From Macrostomum lignano (lineage: Eukaryota), in assembly GCA_002269645.1 (NCBI GenBank), contig NIVC01000568.1:1-64000 (forward strand): a stretch of 64,000 nt of DNA, in the 5' to 3' direction. The notes under the pieces are model-generated. The model was not told the origin of the DNA. It searched no databases and saw nothing but the letters and a program-made list of their open reading frames with translations. Below are positions 25,555 to 39,490 of this stretch, in pieces. The position numbers and the translations under genes were made by a program. Every line of letters starts with the position of its first letter. Positions within the stretch are counted from its first letter, which is position 1.

Positions 25555-25735
25555 ACCCACGGACTACTCAAGTAGAAGGACGGGAAAGTACGAGTACGTT
25601 TCCTGGAAATTTGAAAAAAAATGAAAAAAATACATTACGGAGATAGCAGGTTTTCATTTTTAGCACAAAATTTTTTATTGCTTTTGATATAATGAAGACT
25701 CAATGTTCATCTTTAGATATGCCTTGCCTTTCTTA
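25555..25735 (+). repeat. Interspersed repeat family, also at 19170-19335 (+) and about 33350-33450 (-)
   Basis: Shared tactcaagtagaaggacgg and ttttcatttt..ttgcttttgat..caatgttca..gatat. Confidence 0.6.
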
Positions 25736-25831
25736 TACTTCAATGGAAGTAGCTCTATTGATATTAATAATGTTTTTCTTTAAGAAATGACTGTGTAACA
25801 AAATGTGTACGGAACGATAAAATAGACTTAC

Positions 25832-26119
25832 CGACCACAGCCCGCCGCTCTGGCAGCAGGCTGATGGCGCCCTCAGCCAGAAACTCGTCACCCAGCAGGT
25901 GGTCGGTCTTGCGACCCCAACCATCGCTGGCGACCCAGAACAGGTCGCGTCTGTAGGGCTGCCTCTTGGCCAGAAGCCGGAACAGCAGACGGAGGGACTC
26001 GGCCTGGCAGTAGGTCACAACCACCCGGGACTTCATCTCCAATAGGCTGCTCAGGATGGACTCCAGACTGCCGTTTATGGCATTACGCCGGATCATGTGG
26101 TTCCCGCTAATGCAGATGC
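25832..26119 (-). CDS. mGluR: mGluR exon 3 (GICIS...WVASDGWG...AEGAISL)
   Basis: WVASDGWG and EGAI motifs; cag acceptor and GTAAGT donor; phase 1-1. Confidence 0.92.
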
Positions 26120-26392
26120 CTGTGTCGGCGATTCGGTGTAAATAAAATTAAGGCTGGCAGGCAGTCTATAGGTTTGATTCATTGATTAGGCTTCACATGC
26201 TCTTAATTACTTCAAAAGATTCCAAGTACTATATTTCATAAAGCTTAAAAGTCAAGTCTGGCAGGTTCGGGCTCCTTCCTTACCTGCGAGGACTGGGCAC
26301 TTTGTCGACTACCTGCTGTGAGACCGGTCTTACATGCTGGTTTCATTCTGCTACTACTAGACTATAGTGCTTGATGAGTCCCCTGAGCTCAC

Positions 26393-26609
26393 CTTGCTGG
26401 CTGGCATGCGCCTTAAACTCTTGGAAGCCCCTCTCGCCGTAGGTGCCCTCGTCGTAGAGGGCGGCAACGTAGTTCCAGTTCATTTGCTTCACTATGGCAA
26501 CCATGGCCTTAGCCTGGTAGTTGTCCGGCGGCACAACTCGAAAGAAATAGTCAAATCTGTTGTTGTCGCTCAGCTCCGGGCTGGTGGACGCGTAGCTGAT
26601 CTGCGGAAT
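26393..26609 (-). CDS. mGluR: mGluR exon 2 ([15 protein letters not shown]...[12 protein letters not shown]...YGERG)
   Basis: Hallmark mGluR motifs; cag acceptor and GTGAGC donor; phase 0-1. Confidence 0.95.
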
Positions 26610-28614
26610 CTGTGCGGAGACGCGGGAATCGACTTGAACTCACAGCTTCGATCGAATTGGCAAAGAGACAGAAAATCGGTACTGATTTTATTGAGAGCTT
26701 GACCTTCTGCACCTGGGATTCTCCAGCTTTCAGAAAAAAAGATCAAGTCTCAGCCTAGTAAATAACCAATTTCATCATCTGTATCTTTCTAGCAATAGAA
26801 AGCGAAATGTACTTTTAAAATAGATAAATAAAGCACTAGTTTTTTTAGTTTGAGAGCTCAAGCGAAACAATATATTTTGCTGAACTGATGCGGTGCATAA
26901 ATGAAAAGCGTTACCCATCGCGCCAGGCACATCTAGGACGGAGATTACGGGTATGCCATTAGTGCTGCCCCGCCGAGCACAGGAAATTGGCTACTCCGGG
27001 ACTACAAAGTGTCACCAACCGGTTCTCACTGCCTTTCAAAAAATGGATTGATCGATTTATCGGGTTGAGATCTGCGGTTTCTAACAGGGTTAGCTGAACT
27101 GGCATTTGGTAGGTACGCTTCTGTTATCGGTGTCGGTAGGATGACCCTATAATTGGCATGACAGAACAACGCGCAGTTGTCTATGGCCAACTGAATAAAA
27201 AATTGTCTCCTCTAAAGAGACAGGACCAATATGAGATTTACTTGCTTGCTCACCTGACTCAATGACCACTAGAAGTAACGATGTCAACGGTGATGCAACA
27301 TTAACTTTTAGCAGTCCTTGTCCTGACTATAAGCAACTTGTGCCACCTCACAGTTTTATTTTTCGCATTCATTTTGAAGTAAAAAAGTTTGCGAGTGGCT
27401 ACTAACGATGCAGAACTTTCTCATGATTGCATCGACGGTCAGTGAGCACGAATTGTCCAGTGTCCATGATCGGGTGGGGCTGGAAAGTGAAAAGCAATTT
27501 TCAGGCACTTCCTGAGTCTTTACCCCTCGCTGAGCCGTTGCTCTCATTCAATCAGCTAGCTCTGCTCAAACTTCACGCTTTCGCACGGTCAGTTGCGTTC
27601 GTTCTGCCTCAACTCGCAGTAGAGCAGCAAAGACAAAAGCGTTCAGCTGCAGCTACAAGTAACTCGTACCGTGCCGCCACAGGCGTTCTTTATTTAGTTA
27701 GGGCCGATTCCCATTTGCCCTGATCCGACACCAACTGACTGCTCACTCACTGCAGTTTGCAGATGCTTGATGCTGAGAATTCCCCAAATTAGCAAAAACG
27801 GATCGGGTGAGCGAACGCTACACAGACGGCAAGAGTTGCAGCCGCGCATTGGGCGGGACAAAAAAAAACACAAACCTGACTTTCCATTACAGCGCATTGC
27901 TAAGAACAGCGGAGCCGGCAGCAAATGTGATTTCCGCGGACTAGTAATGTAATTAGCGATCGGCATGGAAGCGTGTGCCGCGCTCCCACCGAGTTTCGGA
28001 CTCGAGAATGCCCCCCTCTGTACTATTCTGCGAGATGGACAAAGATGGACACGGGAAGTACCTCTTGAAGAGATGCAAAGCCTAGAGAGTCCTTACTGCA
28101 TCTCGTTGGAACAAAGCGGGGGCAATATCGGGGCAGTTGCGAGAAGTGACGAGTGGAGCCGGGTTCTCTTCGAAACTCCCCTGACGCAGCACTCTTCCAC
28201 TGTGGCTTCATTCGTGCTAAAAAACTGAACCAAATTCAGTTGGCTCATTCGATTTACCTTTTGAATTGTTTCTAATCTGTCTAAATGCTTTCTGCACTCG
28301 AACTATTGATTATTGCCCGTGGTCTCTTCCTCCGACTTTCCGAAGTCGAGATTCCGATGCTCATTAGTTAGAAGGATCCACCTAGCCGCTGGCTGACCTT
28401 TTCGTGAGTTGGCCAGCAAATATCTGCTTTTCAAAGCAGAACTCAAGCCTTCCTGCTCTTTCATAACCAGTGCGTGCAGCGCCAACCCAATGAGCTGCCT
28501 TGATAAATTTATGACTGTCAACCACACATCCAATTGATGATTGACATGGCTGGCTGACTGAGAGCAATACTAACTAACTGCTATTGCTTATTATTGTACC
28601 ATAACCTGTCAACT

Positions 28615-29350
<736 letters not shown>

Positions 29351-30969
29351 ATGCCAGTGCATGCAGCATTAGACCCACCTCATAGGTAAGTGAAACTTCT
29401 CAACCAATCAATTCCTTCTGTCTTAGTGGTGCTTTCATTGATTTCTGTCCCGAATGAGCGGGAGGGTTGACCGAAGGCTCTTTGATGTCATGCGGGCCAC
29501 CAATCCCGTGATTTAATGGCCTGGTTGCGGTAATTTATTCCCTTCAACCGCTTGTCCTGCCGGTGACTTTGCTCTTCGAATTGATTTCGACATTCTGAGT
29601 TGGTCTGCGCCCAGATCATTGGCTACTGCCATCATATCCCGCATATGATTGAGTGCGGCACCGAGGGGAATGGAATAGCAACTGATAATCAATACTTGGC
29701 GACCCAACCCGACCCTGCGGGCGCCGTGCCTCTCCTTGCAATTGAATTCGCAGATTGAGCTTGGCAACAAAGGTGGTCAATAAAAGTGCATATTGAGTAC
29801 AGCTATTGCAATAGAAGGCTGTTGAGCAGATGGCGGGGGGATAAATATAAGAGGGGAGAAATTGAGGCAGAAAGAAAATCTCTAAGGCAATTATACTGGA
29901 CTAGTGAAGAATGGGATACTGTAGGCTTTATTCTACGTACTAAGGAACCTCTGGCTGGCTCGAATTTAACTTACAGCAGTTATCTGGCGTCCATCTATTG
30001 GTCTTTAAATCGAAACAGCATCCTCACAAAGCTTACAAAATCGAGGAAAGGAGAAGAAAAAGAAATTTCTGAACGGCGGCGCTTGCTGGCTGTTGCTAGA
30101 AGACAACAATAAGGTACTTAATGCATGCACAAAGGCCTTGAATCTCTTTCTCCGCTGCTGTGTTGCGGATGCTGAAAAACGCTAAAGTAGTTGGAGGCAG
30201 ATAGAGAGACAGGGAGGGAGGGCGGAAAGAATCCCACACTTTAACGATCAGGAATTCTAGATAGAGAAACAGACTAAGAAAGAGAAGCCACCGCGAGAGA
30301 AGAGAGACGGGGTAGGAGGGAGAGATAGCCATAGCGATGCAACAATGCAGCACAATGGCAGCGAAACTTAGCTGGCTTGGAGAGTATGGAGAGAGCGCGG
30401 CTTGGAGAGGCTGCTGAGGAGGTGGGAGATTCCGCGGCCACGGCATCCGCGGGTCCGGAGAGCGGTATTTGCTGAGCGTGATGTGCTTAGAAAAAATTGT
30501 ATCCATTGTAAAAAACCTGACTCATTTGAGACTGCCTAAAGTTCAACGGGCTCTTCTTCGGAGACGAGGAATGCCTTACCGACAGAGGCCGACGATCTGC
30601 AAGTTCGGGCTGGGTAATCAACTTGTTCCCAAACATATCTGGAAAAGCTTGATTCGAAGGCAGGGTTGCGTGAGCAACGCATTCGGCGACGTCGTCCCAT
30701 AACCAGTGCTGGGGCAATTCTGCTCATTGCGCAGACTCCTGAGCACATGCAAGTTCGTCAATACTGTACTCAGGCGCGCACTCATGCACACGCTCACACA
30801 GGGTGTACAGCGGCCCTGACTTTCTAATCGTCAGGCATGTACACTCTCTGAGCCTTGGGGCACGTGAGGATGAACCCCACGAACACCACGAACCTCAAAT
30901 TAATGTGGCGCTCGAATATCGAATCGAAACCCAAGAGTCGTGGCGTTAGGGTCAGACACGTGGGCTCAC

Positions 30970-31443
30970 CTTGAATAGTCGCAAAATATTGGCAATCATG
31001 ATGCTGACTGAGGAATCGGCGGCGCCGATCACTCCAGCGACTGGCTTGCGCGACTTTCGCTTAGGCGTCCTGGCGGCAGGGTCGGGGCACTGGTACTCGT
31101 ACGACGCGTCTAGCGTGCTCAAATGATCCGTGACGAAGTCCATGCTCTGTTCAAGCGCGTAGGTGTCCTTGGAGCAGGTGTCAAGCAGCTTGGCCCCCAG
31201 CTTCAGATGCGGCAGGAGACTGGGATCTGCGTTGACGCGATTCAATGCATAGACCATGGCCTCCAGGCGCTGGATGCCTCGGTTCTCGCTGATCTTGCCG
31301 CACCTGCTGGTCTCGGCCGGGTCCTTCTCGTGGATGGGGAACAGGCCGCCAAGAATCAGTTCGCCGGGAAGTGACATCTTTTTGCAGAGGCCGATCGGTG
31401 AGGCAGCCGAAACAAGTAGCAGGGTCAGGATTAGCGCTGCCAT
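30970..31443 (-). CDS. mGluR: mGluR-like class C GPCR exon 1 (signal peptide and start of Venus flytrap domain)
   Basis: MAALILTLLLVSAASP signal peptide; LGGLFPIH, RGIQRLEAM, LDTCS, SVSIMIANILRLFK motifs; GTGAGC donor, phase 0. Confidence 0.95.
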
Positions 31444-31719
31444 GTCCAAAGCACACTGAGCTGTGCCGATGTTTGTGAGCAGTAACTATGCCAAGGGAGC
31501 TGTTCTTCACTTCGTTTCTGCGTTTTCTCTGGCTTCTATCGGAATTTTTAGCCCCATGGGAAGAGAATTGGGATGATATATTGAATGGGAGCCCAGCTTG
31601 GTCTCCATTGGTGGGAGTCCTGCCCAATCCAGCGCAGAAAGACGCGCACCAGAAGACAGAATGGCGCAGTTACCATAGCAAAAGCAAATCCAGGCCAATC
31701 TCAACCAGCCGATCACATA

Positions 31720-31820
31720 CCGACAGACATAGACACATACCGACAGACATAGACACATACCGACAGACATAGACACATACCGACAGACATAGACACATAC
31801 CGACAGACAGATACGAATAC
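31720..31820. repeat. 20-bp tandem repeat (acataccgacagacatagac)
   Basis: About 4-5 units upstream of the mGluR ATG. Confidence 0.85.
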
Positions 31821-33016
31821 ATACCGACAAATCATTTTTAGTATATGGAATACAGCGAATAAAACTGGATGCCCAGATGCATGTGTCCAAAATTTCAGAC
31901 AGCTATGCAGCTTGTGGGCATTCTCTTCTCGGAAGCAGAAACTACATGTACGCTATAGGTATTGATCCCCACGTCAACTCCGGCTGTCACCGAGCCGGAC
32001 AAATTTCTTTTTCTCTTGGACTGAGACTCCAGTTTCAGCTGGCCGAAGCGCGACACCGCACTGCCAATATCGACAAGGTGTCAGAAGATCTCTTCAAGGG
32101 CTGCGAACTGCTATCAAACACAGGAAAAGTTTAAGCTTCTCCGTTTTTTGAAATATTTGCACAAACAAATTCAACGCTTCCGACATTTCCGGCGCTCAAT
32201 TTCGACTGGGCACTGTAAAACTATTTGGACTCAGCGCCAGGAATAAATATTTTCATCGACTAATAATAATAATCATAATTGATGTAACTCAGCAGCTTCA
32301 GTGGTAAAATACTTGCTTTCGAAAAGCTGAATGTGCAGAAAAATTCGGACCTAAGAATGTCTTTTGGACATTTTATTAGAGTGCCAACAATCCTCATTTG
32401 CAGGAGGGCTGTAGGCTCCCTCTGGCGCAATGACTTTGGCGAAGTCGTCCCAAAACCAGCGCTGTCTGAGGCAATTCTACCCCCTTTTGAGCAACCTACA
32501 CTACCTTAGGTTACACTAACACTACCTATGCATTGCGGGCTGGTCAAAATAATGTGGTCTTTTAAGGGTCAGACCACTGAGCTGCGCATTTGTGAGGCAT
32601 CGAAATGGCAAGTGCAACCACTATACGGTTGCTTTCTGTTTCATCGTCAGCATGACTGACCTTTGTAACTTTCAACGAAAGTAAAAGTGCTTTTACGCTT
32701 TTCCAAGTTCAGGGTGGGACAAAATTTTGTCAATGCGATTGCGCCAGTAGTGCACTATGCACTGCTGCTTAGATCAAGGCCGCCACTCATTTTTGCGAAA
32801 TGAATGAGCCATAAAGAATGAGTCATGGCCGCAGCTGAAGTGTAGACGCAGGGTAGCTCTCGCGTCAATCGATCCCGTGCCGGGCCAGATTAATTTGGGC
32901 CTCGTGCACAAAAATTGGCAACGGTTTGTCGTGCGATTCACGCCCATGAGGGCCAACACTTGGTGCACAATGTGTCTACATGTCTGACAATTAAAAAGCC
33001 AGGGCCGCTGTGCATC

Positions 33017-33563
33017 CAAGGACAACTGAAGCAACGCAGATACAGGACGCGACACTCACGTTTCATGGAAAAGTTTTGTAGGCAACTTTTCGTCTAAAAA
33101 TACACTACGAAGTGCCTTAAAAATCATTAAAATGCATGGCACAGCTCGACTAATTGGTTTTATGAATCTATTTTATCATCTCTGTTACACATATTGTTAC
33201 AAAGTCAGCTAAGAATGACAAAATAAATTCATAAAACCAATGAGCTGAGCCGTGCCATTTTAATGGTTTTTAGGCACAGGACATATGCAATTGTACATAG
33301 GATAAGAAATTAACATAATATCCTAATTTTCTGAAGAAAAAGCTTTATGAATATCAATACAGCTATAAGAAAGGCACAACATATCAAAAGATGAACATTG
33401 AGTCTGCTTCCAATCGAAAGCAATAACAACTTTTGTGCTGCAAAAATGAAAACCTCCTATCTCCGTAGTGTATTTTTTGGGCGAAAAGTGGCCTTCAAAA
33501 CATTTTCCATGGAGATCGAGTGTTGCATCATTCTAATTTAGTAGTAGTCCTTAGTAGTCCTTG
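33017..33563. mobile_element. MITE-like foldback with long terminal inverted repeats and a nested internal hairpin
   Basis: caaggac..gtccttg ends; catggaaaagttttgtaggcaacttttcg..aatacactacg is mirrored at 33460-33510; internal inverted repeat at 33110-33280. Confidence 0.7.
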
Positions 33564-34529
33564 ATTCTAATCCCCCTCTCTGTCTCTCTTTCTTGCTGCC
33601 TGAGATAAGACAGCATTATTCGCTTTAGTAGTCCTTGTGTGCACCCTGTTTGAGGTTGTGAGTGCTCAGTGACCAGAGGAACAGGCGTAAACACATCGAC
33701 TCTTGCCTTGACTGATTTGATGTCCATGTATGCGTATCAGTATATCCCAGTCCGGGTTTCAACATACGGAGCCTGATTTCCACAACAGGTAAAAGGCTGA
33801 TGTAGGACTCTAATCAGTACGTGGGAAAGACGGTAATAGAACCTCACCGCCTGTCACCCCAGTGCAGCTCAACTTGCCATTACAGTAGTTGAGCAAAAAT
33901 CCGATACAGCCAATAAGTTCCTGTCTCGGCCCCAACCCCCCTCCCATTATTTTTCCTCCTCCAGTTTCTTTGTTCGACTTTTGCCTCCGCCAAGATTTGA
34001 GTGCCGTGCTCACTGGACCGCGGGAGGCTTGGGCGGAACGGCAAAAGAGATGTCAGAGCCGATTGACGCACTATGCTACCTTTAAGTGATTACTATCCGG
34101 GCGCATTGGCTAGAGAAAGGGAAATGGGATGTCGGGGCAAAGAGGAGCAGTAGAACAAGGAGACGAAGAAGGCGGGAAGCAGTGACCCTCGTCCACTCTG
34201 GATCGTTCAAGCGAAGTACCGCTCCCCATTCCGTCACAAGGAGGCAATCCGAAGTAAAGGATATCTCTTAGACTTCCTAGGATTCAGCCACGAGAAAGCT
34301 TCCGATGGCGGATAGCCGACTGGGAAGACTGGCTGAGCTCATCTTCCGCTAATCAATGACTTGTGAAAACTTTTAGCTGAGGCTTAATCTACGAGTGTGC
34401 GCAGTTCGGAGCACGGTCAGTAAGCCTCGGATTCGTTGATTCTCAATAGCTACGTGTATTTGCTATCTAAGCCCTTAATAACTAACACATCAATTTTTTG
34501 CTTATTTTCCATTCAATTGCACCATCTGT

Positions 34530-35135
34530 AGTTGAGCCATTCCCAGGTGCGCCATTATCAGATGCGCCATTCCCAGAGATGCCATTCCCAGAGATGCGCC
34601 ATTCCCAGAGATGCGCCATTCCCAGAGATGCGCCATTCCCAGATGTGCCATTCCCAGATGTGCCATTCCCAGATGTGCCATTCCCAGATGTGCCATTCCC
34701 AGATGTGCCATTCCCAGATGTGCCATTCCCAGGTGCGCCATTCCCAGAGATGCGCCATTCCCAGAGATGCGCCATTCCCAGAGATGCGCCATTCCCAGAG
34801 ATGCGCCATTCCCAGAGATGCGCCATTCCCAGATGTGCCATTCCCAGATGTGCCATTCCCAGAGATGCGCCATTCCCAGAGATTCACCATTCTCAGAGAT
34901 GCGCCATTCCCAGATGCGCCATTCCAAGAGATGCGCCATTCCCAGAGATGCGCCATTCCCAGATGTGCCATTCCCAGATTCGCCATTCTCAGAGATGCGC
35001 CATTCTCAGAGATGCGCCATTCCCAGAGATTCGCCATTCTCAGAGATGCGCCATTCCCAGATGTGCCATTCCCAGGTGCGTCATTCTCAGATATGTCATT
35101 CCTAGGTGCGCCATTCCCAGGTGCACCATTCCCAT
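34530..35135. repeat. Mixed 15/17-bp minisatellite (ccattcccagagatgcg)
   Basis: Tandem array; explains the overlapping repetitive ORFs. Confidence 0.92.
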
Positions 35136-35351
35136 GCGTAAACAATAACGATTATTCGTTTTAGCACTAGCGGTTTGTCATTAACGAAGCTGTGTGTTGA
35201 ATAGTTTGTCTTGCTGTCTATGGCACTGATTCAGGTGCAGTTGTCTCAGCATCAAACCTAAGAAGCCAGAAAGCACTGCATAAGTAAAGCTGTATAGAAT
35301 TCCAGACCATCGGAAGTTTATTACAACTCAGAGTCCGGTACCAAGGCACCA

Positions 35352-35960
35352 ATGGGACTCTTCAGCCGTAACAGAAGCTCAACTAAAGACAACCAACTAA
35401 AGTCATCCAAGCCTTGGACGGTTTTCCGCCTGTTTCAAGCCAAAGATGAACAAGCCGACTCGTTAGCCAACAATAAACAGGCCAAAATGCTGAATCATGA
35501 TGACGCCTGCTCAGCGTCCACATCCTCGTTTGAAGCAGTCGCCACAGCGGCCGCTGCCGCCTTTGTCAACAACGAAGACGTTAAAGGCGGCCTGAGTAAC
35601 AGAAGCAACTGCCGTCTACTGCTGGACCTCGGCAATCAGAACTACACGCCCGAGGTGGCCTTGTCAACCGAATCGCATCAACTACTGGCTCCGACATCGA
35701 TGCCGCTGTGCCGGCTGGAGGCGAAGCACAACGAGTCCGGCAGCATCAGCGCCGACGAGAAAGAGCGCCAGATGGCCAGGTTCGAGCTGTGGCAGCAGCG
35801 TCGGCCGCGGTTTCATTTCGGGCCGCGCAAGCCGGCCGGGGATGACGGTCTGAGCATCGGCGTTGGCGAGAGGCCTAGCAGCGCCGAGGGGTCTCAGGTC
35901 TCAGGTAGCCAGGCTGACAACATCGTGGCTTTTCCGCCAAGATACGCTTTTGTCTACCAG
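35352..35960 (+). CDS. Uncharacterised protein, exon 1 (MGLFSRNRSST...RYAFVYQ)
   Basis: ccaATGG start, long GC-rich ORF, cag/GTCAGG donor in phase 0. Confidence 0.7.
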
Positions 35961-36049
35961 GTCAGGCTTTCTTCTCGCTACTGGCTTTCCGATTCATGGC
36001 TTTTCAATTTGACTTAGCCGTTACTATACTCGTATTTCTATCGATTATC

Positions 36050-36600
36050 ATAGGCGTAGGAAGGGGGGGACAGTGGGGCCATGGCCCCCCCACTTTTTAA
36101 AATAGTGAGGCCAGTAATGGTATCTAGCCCCCACATTTTAAATGTAAAATGTAGACTTTTTGCTTATTTTTGGTTTTTGCTGCTTTGCATGAATGCATTT
36201 TGCTGCAGGCCGACAAAAATAGCGGCAAAATGAGTGCCTGCGACGCTAAAATGAGTACCTGCGGCGCCGAAATGAGTACCTGCGGCGCTAAAATGAGTGC
36301 CTGGGGCGCCAAAATGAGTACCTGTGGCGCTAAAATGAGTGCCTGCGGCGCCAAAATGAGTACCTTCGGCGCTAAAATGAGTGCCTGTGGCGCCAAAATG
36401 AGTGCCTGTCGCGCCAAAATGAGTGCCTGCAGCGCTAAAGTGAGTGCCTGCGGCGCTTTATAAAATGAGTGCTGACAAAATGGATTCTGAAAGTAATCGG
36501 TACATGAAAATGTGCATTTTCCATATAAAAAATCTAAACTCGACAGGGGCGTGTGCCCTGTGCGCCCCCCCCCTAAATCACCACTGAACCTGCCCCCCCC
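36050..36600 (+). mobile_element. Dispersed non-autonomous element with a 21-bp satellite core, about 11 units
   Basis: gcctgcggcgctaaaatgagt units followed by gctgacaa..gattct..gtacatg, shared with 2300-2475 and 17425-18145. Confidence 0.65.
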
Positions 36601-37027
36601 ACTTTTTGAAACGTTCCTACGCCTATGTCGACTATTGCTTGTACTCTCTAGCGAAGTGTATGATAGTGCGGGTGTGAGTTTAGTTAATCGAATTGAACGC
36701 TTTTTCCCCTAAGAAATTATCAATGGTGACTGCAGAAGGTCGTAATTCCTACGTGTAGTTAACTCAAACATTTTTATTTATTTCTTTGTTGTCTCTGAAC
36801 GGGGGTGCAGATTGCTAGTTAATTTTCAAATCTTTATGAAGTCTTTACGTAGTTCATGATAGCGACTAGTCAAGCTGTTGTTGAACAACGTTTCTGCAGT
36901 TGTTGCAGCCAGGTGACCTCAGAGAACTTTCTCTGTGCAACATCCTGATCACGAGATCGTCGATTTCTTACCATATCAGTTGTCATTGAGCATGTCATCC
37001 GCACCCCCAATCTAACCTGTCAAACAG

Positions 37028-37369
37028 GATGGCAAGTTTGTTGAGCGCGAGGTGAACCGCTGGCCGAAGCGCACCCGGGTGAAGCCGCACAGCCGCTACC
37101 GGGTGCAGGAGCCCTTCGCCAGCCGCTACGGCAGACGCTACAAGCGCCGGATGGACAACGAGGAGCACGTGGTATCGCTCCGACACCGACTCATCTATCA
37201 GAACCCAATCTATAAGCTGCCGCGTCGCATCATGGAGGAGAACAAGCACCGCCTGATAACGCGGCATAGCCTGAAGGACAGCATCGAGGGTAGCAAGCCG
37301 ACCGGCGGGCCGCAGAAGATTGAGATCGGCGAGCGGGAGCAGACTCGCATGATTAAGAAGCTAAAGGAG
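37028..37369 (+). CDS. Uncharacterised protein, exon 2 (basic, R/K-rich)
   Basis: ctaac...acag acceptor; GC3-rich codons; gag/GTAAAT donor; phase 0-0. Confidence 0.75.
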
Positions 37370-37501
37370 GTAAATCTCGTTTTCTGCATCTTTCACTCCT
37401 GAAATATAATTGGTCGCTACAACTAATTTGCTACGTCTGTATTCTTAATTGAGTTTTACCTGAATATGTCACATTTGCACTCATCCCTTTTCACCTTGCA
37501 G

Positions 37502-37524
37502 AAACACCACAGAAAAGAAGCAGA
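37502..37524 (+). CDS. Uncharacterised protein, 23-nt microexon (KHHRKEA)
   Basis: Pyrimidine tract and ttgcag acceptor; GTAAGT donor; phase 0-2 is needed to reach exon 4 in frame. Confidence 0.6.
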
Positions 37525-37624
37525 GTAAGTTTATTGTTTATTTGTTTTCATCAGTTTAAGCTTTATTGCTTTTGGAGAGCTGCATTTAAATAGACTAGCA
37601 GGCTGTACATAATCACCTCGACTC

Positions 37625-37860
37625 TCAATCTAATTCCACCCTAATCCAACCCTAATTCCAACCTAATTCCACCCACCCTAATTCCGAACTAATCCCAGCC
37701 TAATCCCAACCTAATCTCACCCTAATTCCAACCTAATCCCAACCTAATCCAACCCTAATTCCGAACTAATCGCAATCTAAGTCCAAACAATCACAAACTA
37801 ATCCCAACCTAATTCCAACCTAATCCTGGCCTAATCCCAACCAAATTCCAACCTAATTCC
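37625..37860. repeat. Degenerate 11-12-bp C-rich repeat (cctaatcccaa), intronic
   Basis: Tandem variants filling most of intron 3 of the orphan gene. Confidence 0.8.
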
Positions 37861-37867
37861 GCTGCAG

Positions 37868-37931
37868 GGTGCTGGTCAACTATGCGGTGGAGAAAAACGC
37901 GAAGACTAAAGCCAGCCAGCGCGCAGCCTGA
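37868..37931 (+). CDS. Uncharacterised protein, last exon (EVLVNYAVEKNAKTKASQRAA*)
   Basis: gctgcag acceptor in phase 2; joined CDS is 1038 nt, 345 aa. Confidence 0.6.
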
Positions 37932-38964
37932 GACAGCAGTAGCGATGAATTTGTACTGAACCGCAGTCACGCAACCTTAACACTATCCTAAAAAGCTCAT
38001 CTCTTTTTCGTTCTTTAACTCCCTATGATGCTCATTTGCTAAAGTAGTACACGAGATAAACCTTTCATCTTGTTGAAAGTATGAGCTTGCGGGAAAACAC
38101 ACACAAAGTTCACTCCTAATGCTGGAGAAAAAATAAAAGCGCTCCGTATGTAATCTGCCATACCGGATAACTATGTGTAGAATCCACGCGCCAGACTTTG
38201 CCTCACTTTCTGCTTTCAGCACCAGACATTGTCACACTCGCTATGAAGCTCACTATTTATAAAACTCTGAAAGAGTCCCAAAAGATAGGCAAAGAAGTTA
38301 AGGCTTTTCCTGACTTATGAGTGCTATTGCCAGTAGTGTGTGATGTGCACGCACCCTGTTTATTTATTCCATAAATTTACACAGTGCTTTAATACTGACA
38401 AAAGCAGACAATCGAGAGACAGAAAGTTGGGAAACGGGTAGGTTGTATATAAAGACACTGTCATTTCAGCAGAGTTTAACACCGACTGCCTTGTCTCATG
38501 TTGCATAGAGAGTTGCTAACACTGCAACCCGACAATCGGCTTCTCATACCGCGCTAGCATGATTCTATTGAACTCGCCTTGTTTGACAGTTTTGCTAAAT
38601 GCCTGCTCACGGTTAACCAGTCCTCTATAGGCAAGCAGGCTGCCAATGAAGACGCACAAAAATGTAGCAGAACAGCGAAAATAGACAAAAAACGAAAAAA
38701 ATACGCGCTGAGATACACATTTAGTTTATAATGTTGCAGTACATGTAGAGATGGAAAAGACTCTTCTGCAAGACCATCGCACTAATTCTTGACCGGTATA
38801 AAACTATAGCTAGCTTTTGTTGATCGGTTTCGTTTGGCCAATGCAAGCTATACAGTTAATGATAGCATGAATTCCTACTTTTGGCCATAGCATTTTTAAT
38901 ATAAAGCTACTATATGTACCTTCTGAACAAACCTAGTCTATGTGAGCGTATAACTAACTGCTTG

Positions 38965-39490
38965 TCGGGGACGAGAGAGAACAAACCAGTGTACAATGGG
39001 GGAGAGCCTATAGCTGCTTCTCGGGGACGAGAGAGAAAAACCAGTGCACAATGGGGGAGAGCCTATAGCTGCTTCTCGGGGACGAGAGAGAACAAACCAG
39101 TGTACAATGGGGGAGAGCCTATAGCTGCTTCTCGGGGACGAGAGAGAACAAACCAGTGTACAATGGGGGAGAGCCTATAGCTGCTTCTCGGGGACGAGAG
39201 AGAACAAACCAGTGTACAATGGGGGAGAGCCTATAGCTGCTTCTCGGGGACGAGAGAGAACAAACCAGTGTACAATGGGGGAGAGCCTATAGCTGCTTCT
39301 CGGGGACGAGAGAGAACAAACCAGTGTACAATGGGGGAGAGCCTATAGCTGCTTCTCGGGGACGAGAGAGAACAAACCAGTGCACAATGGGGGAGAGCCT
39401 ATAGCTGCTTCTCGGGGACGAGAGAGAACAAACCAGTGTACAATCGGGGAGAGGTCTAAGCTGCTTCTCGGGGACAAGAGAGAACAGTGT
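38965..39490. repeat. 56-bp minisatellite, about 9 near-perfect units
   Basis: ctcggggacgagagagaacaaaccagtgtacaatgggggagagcctatagctgctt repeated. Confidence 0.92.

Noticed and set aside
38965-39490. Regular repeat array considered as CRISPR
   Set aside because: Units are contiguous with no unique spacers, there are no cas genes, and the context is eukaryotic; the same applies to all arrays here.
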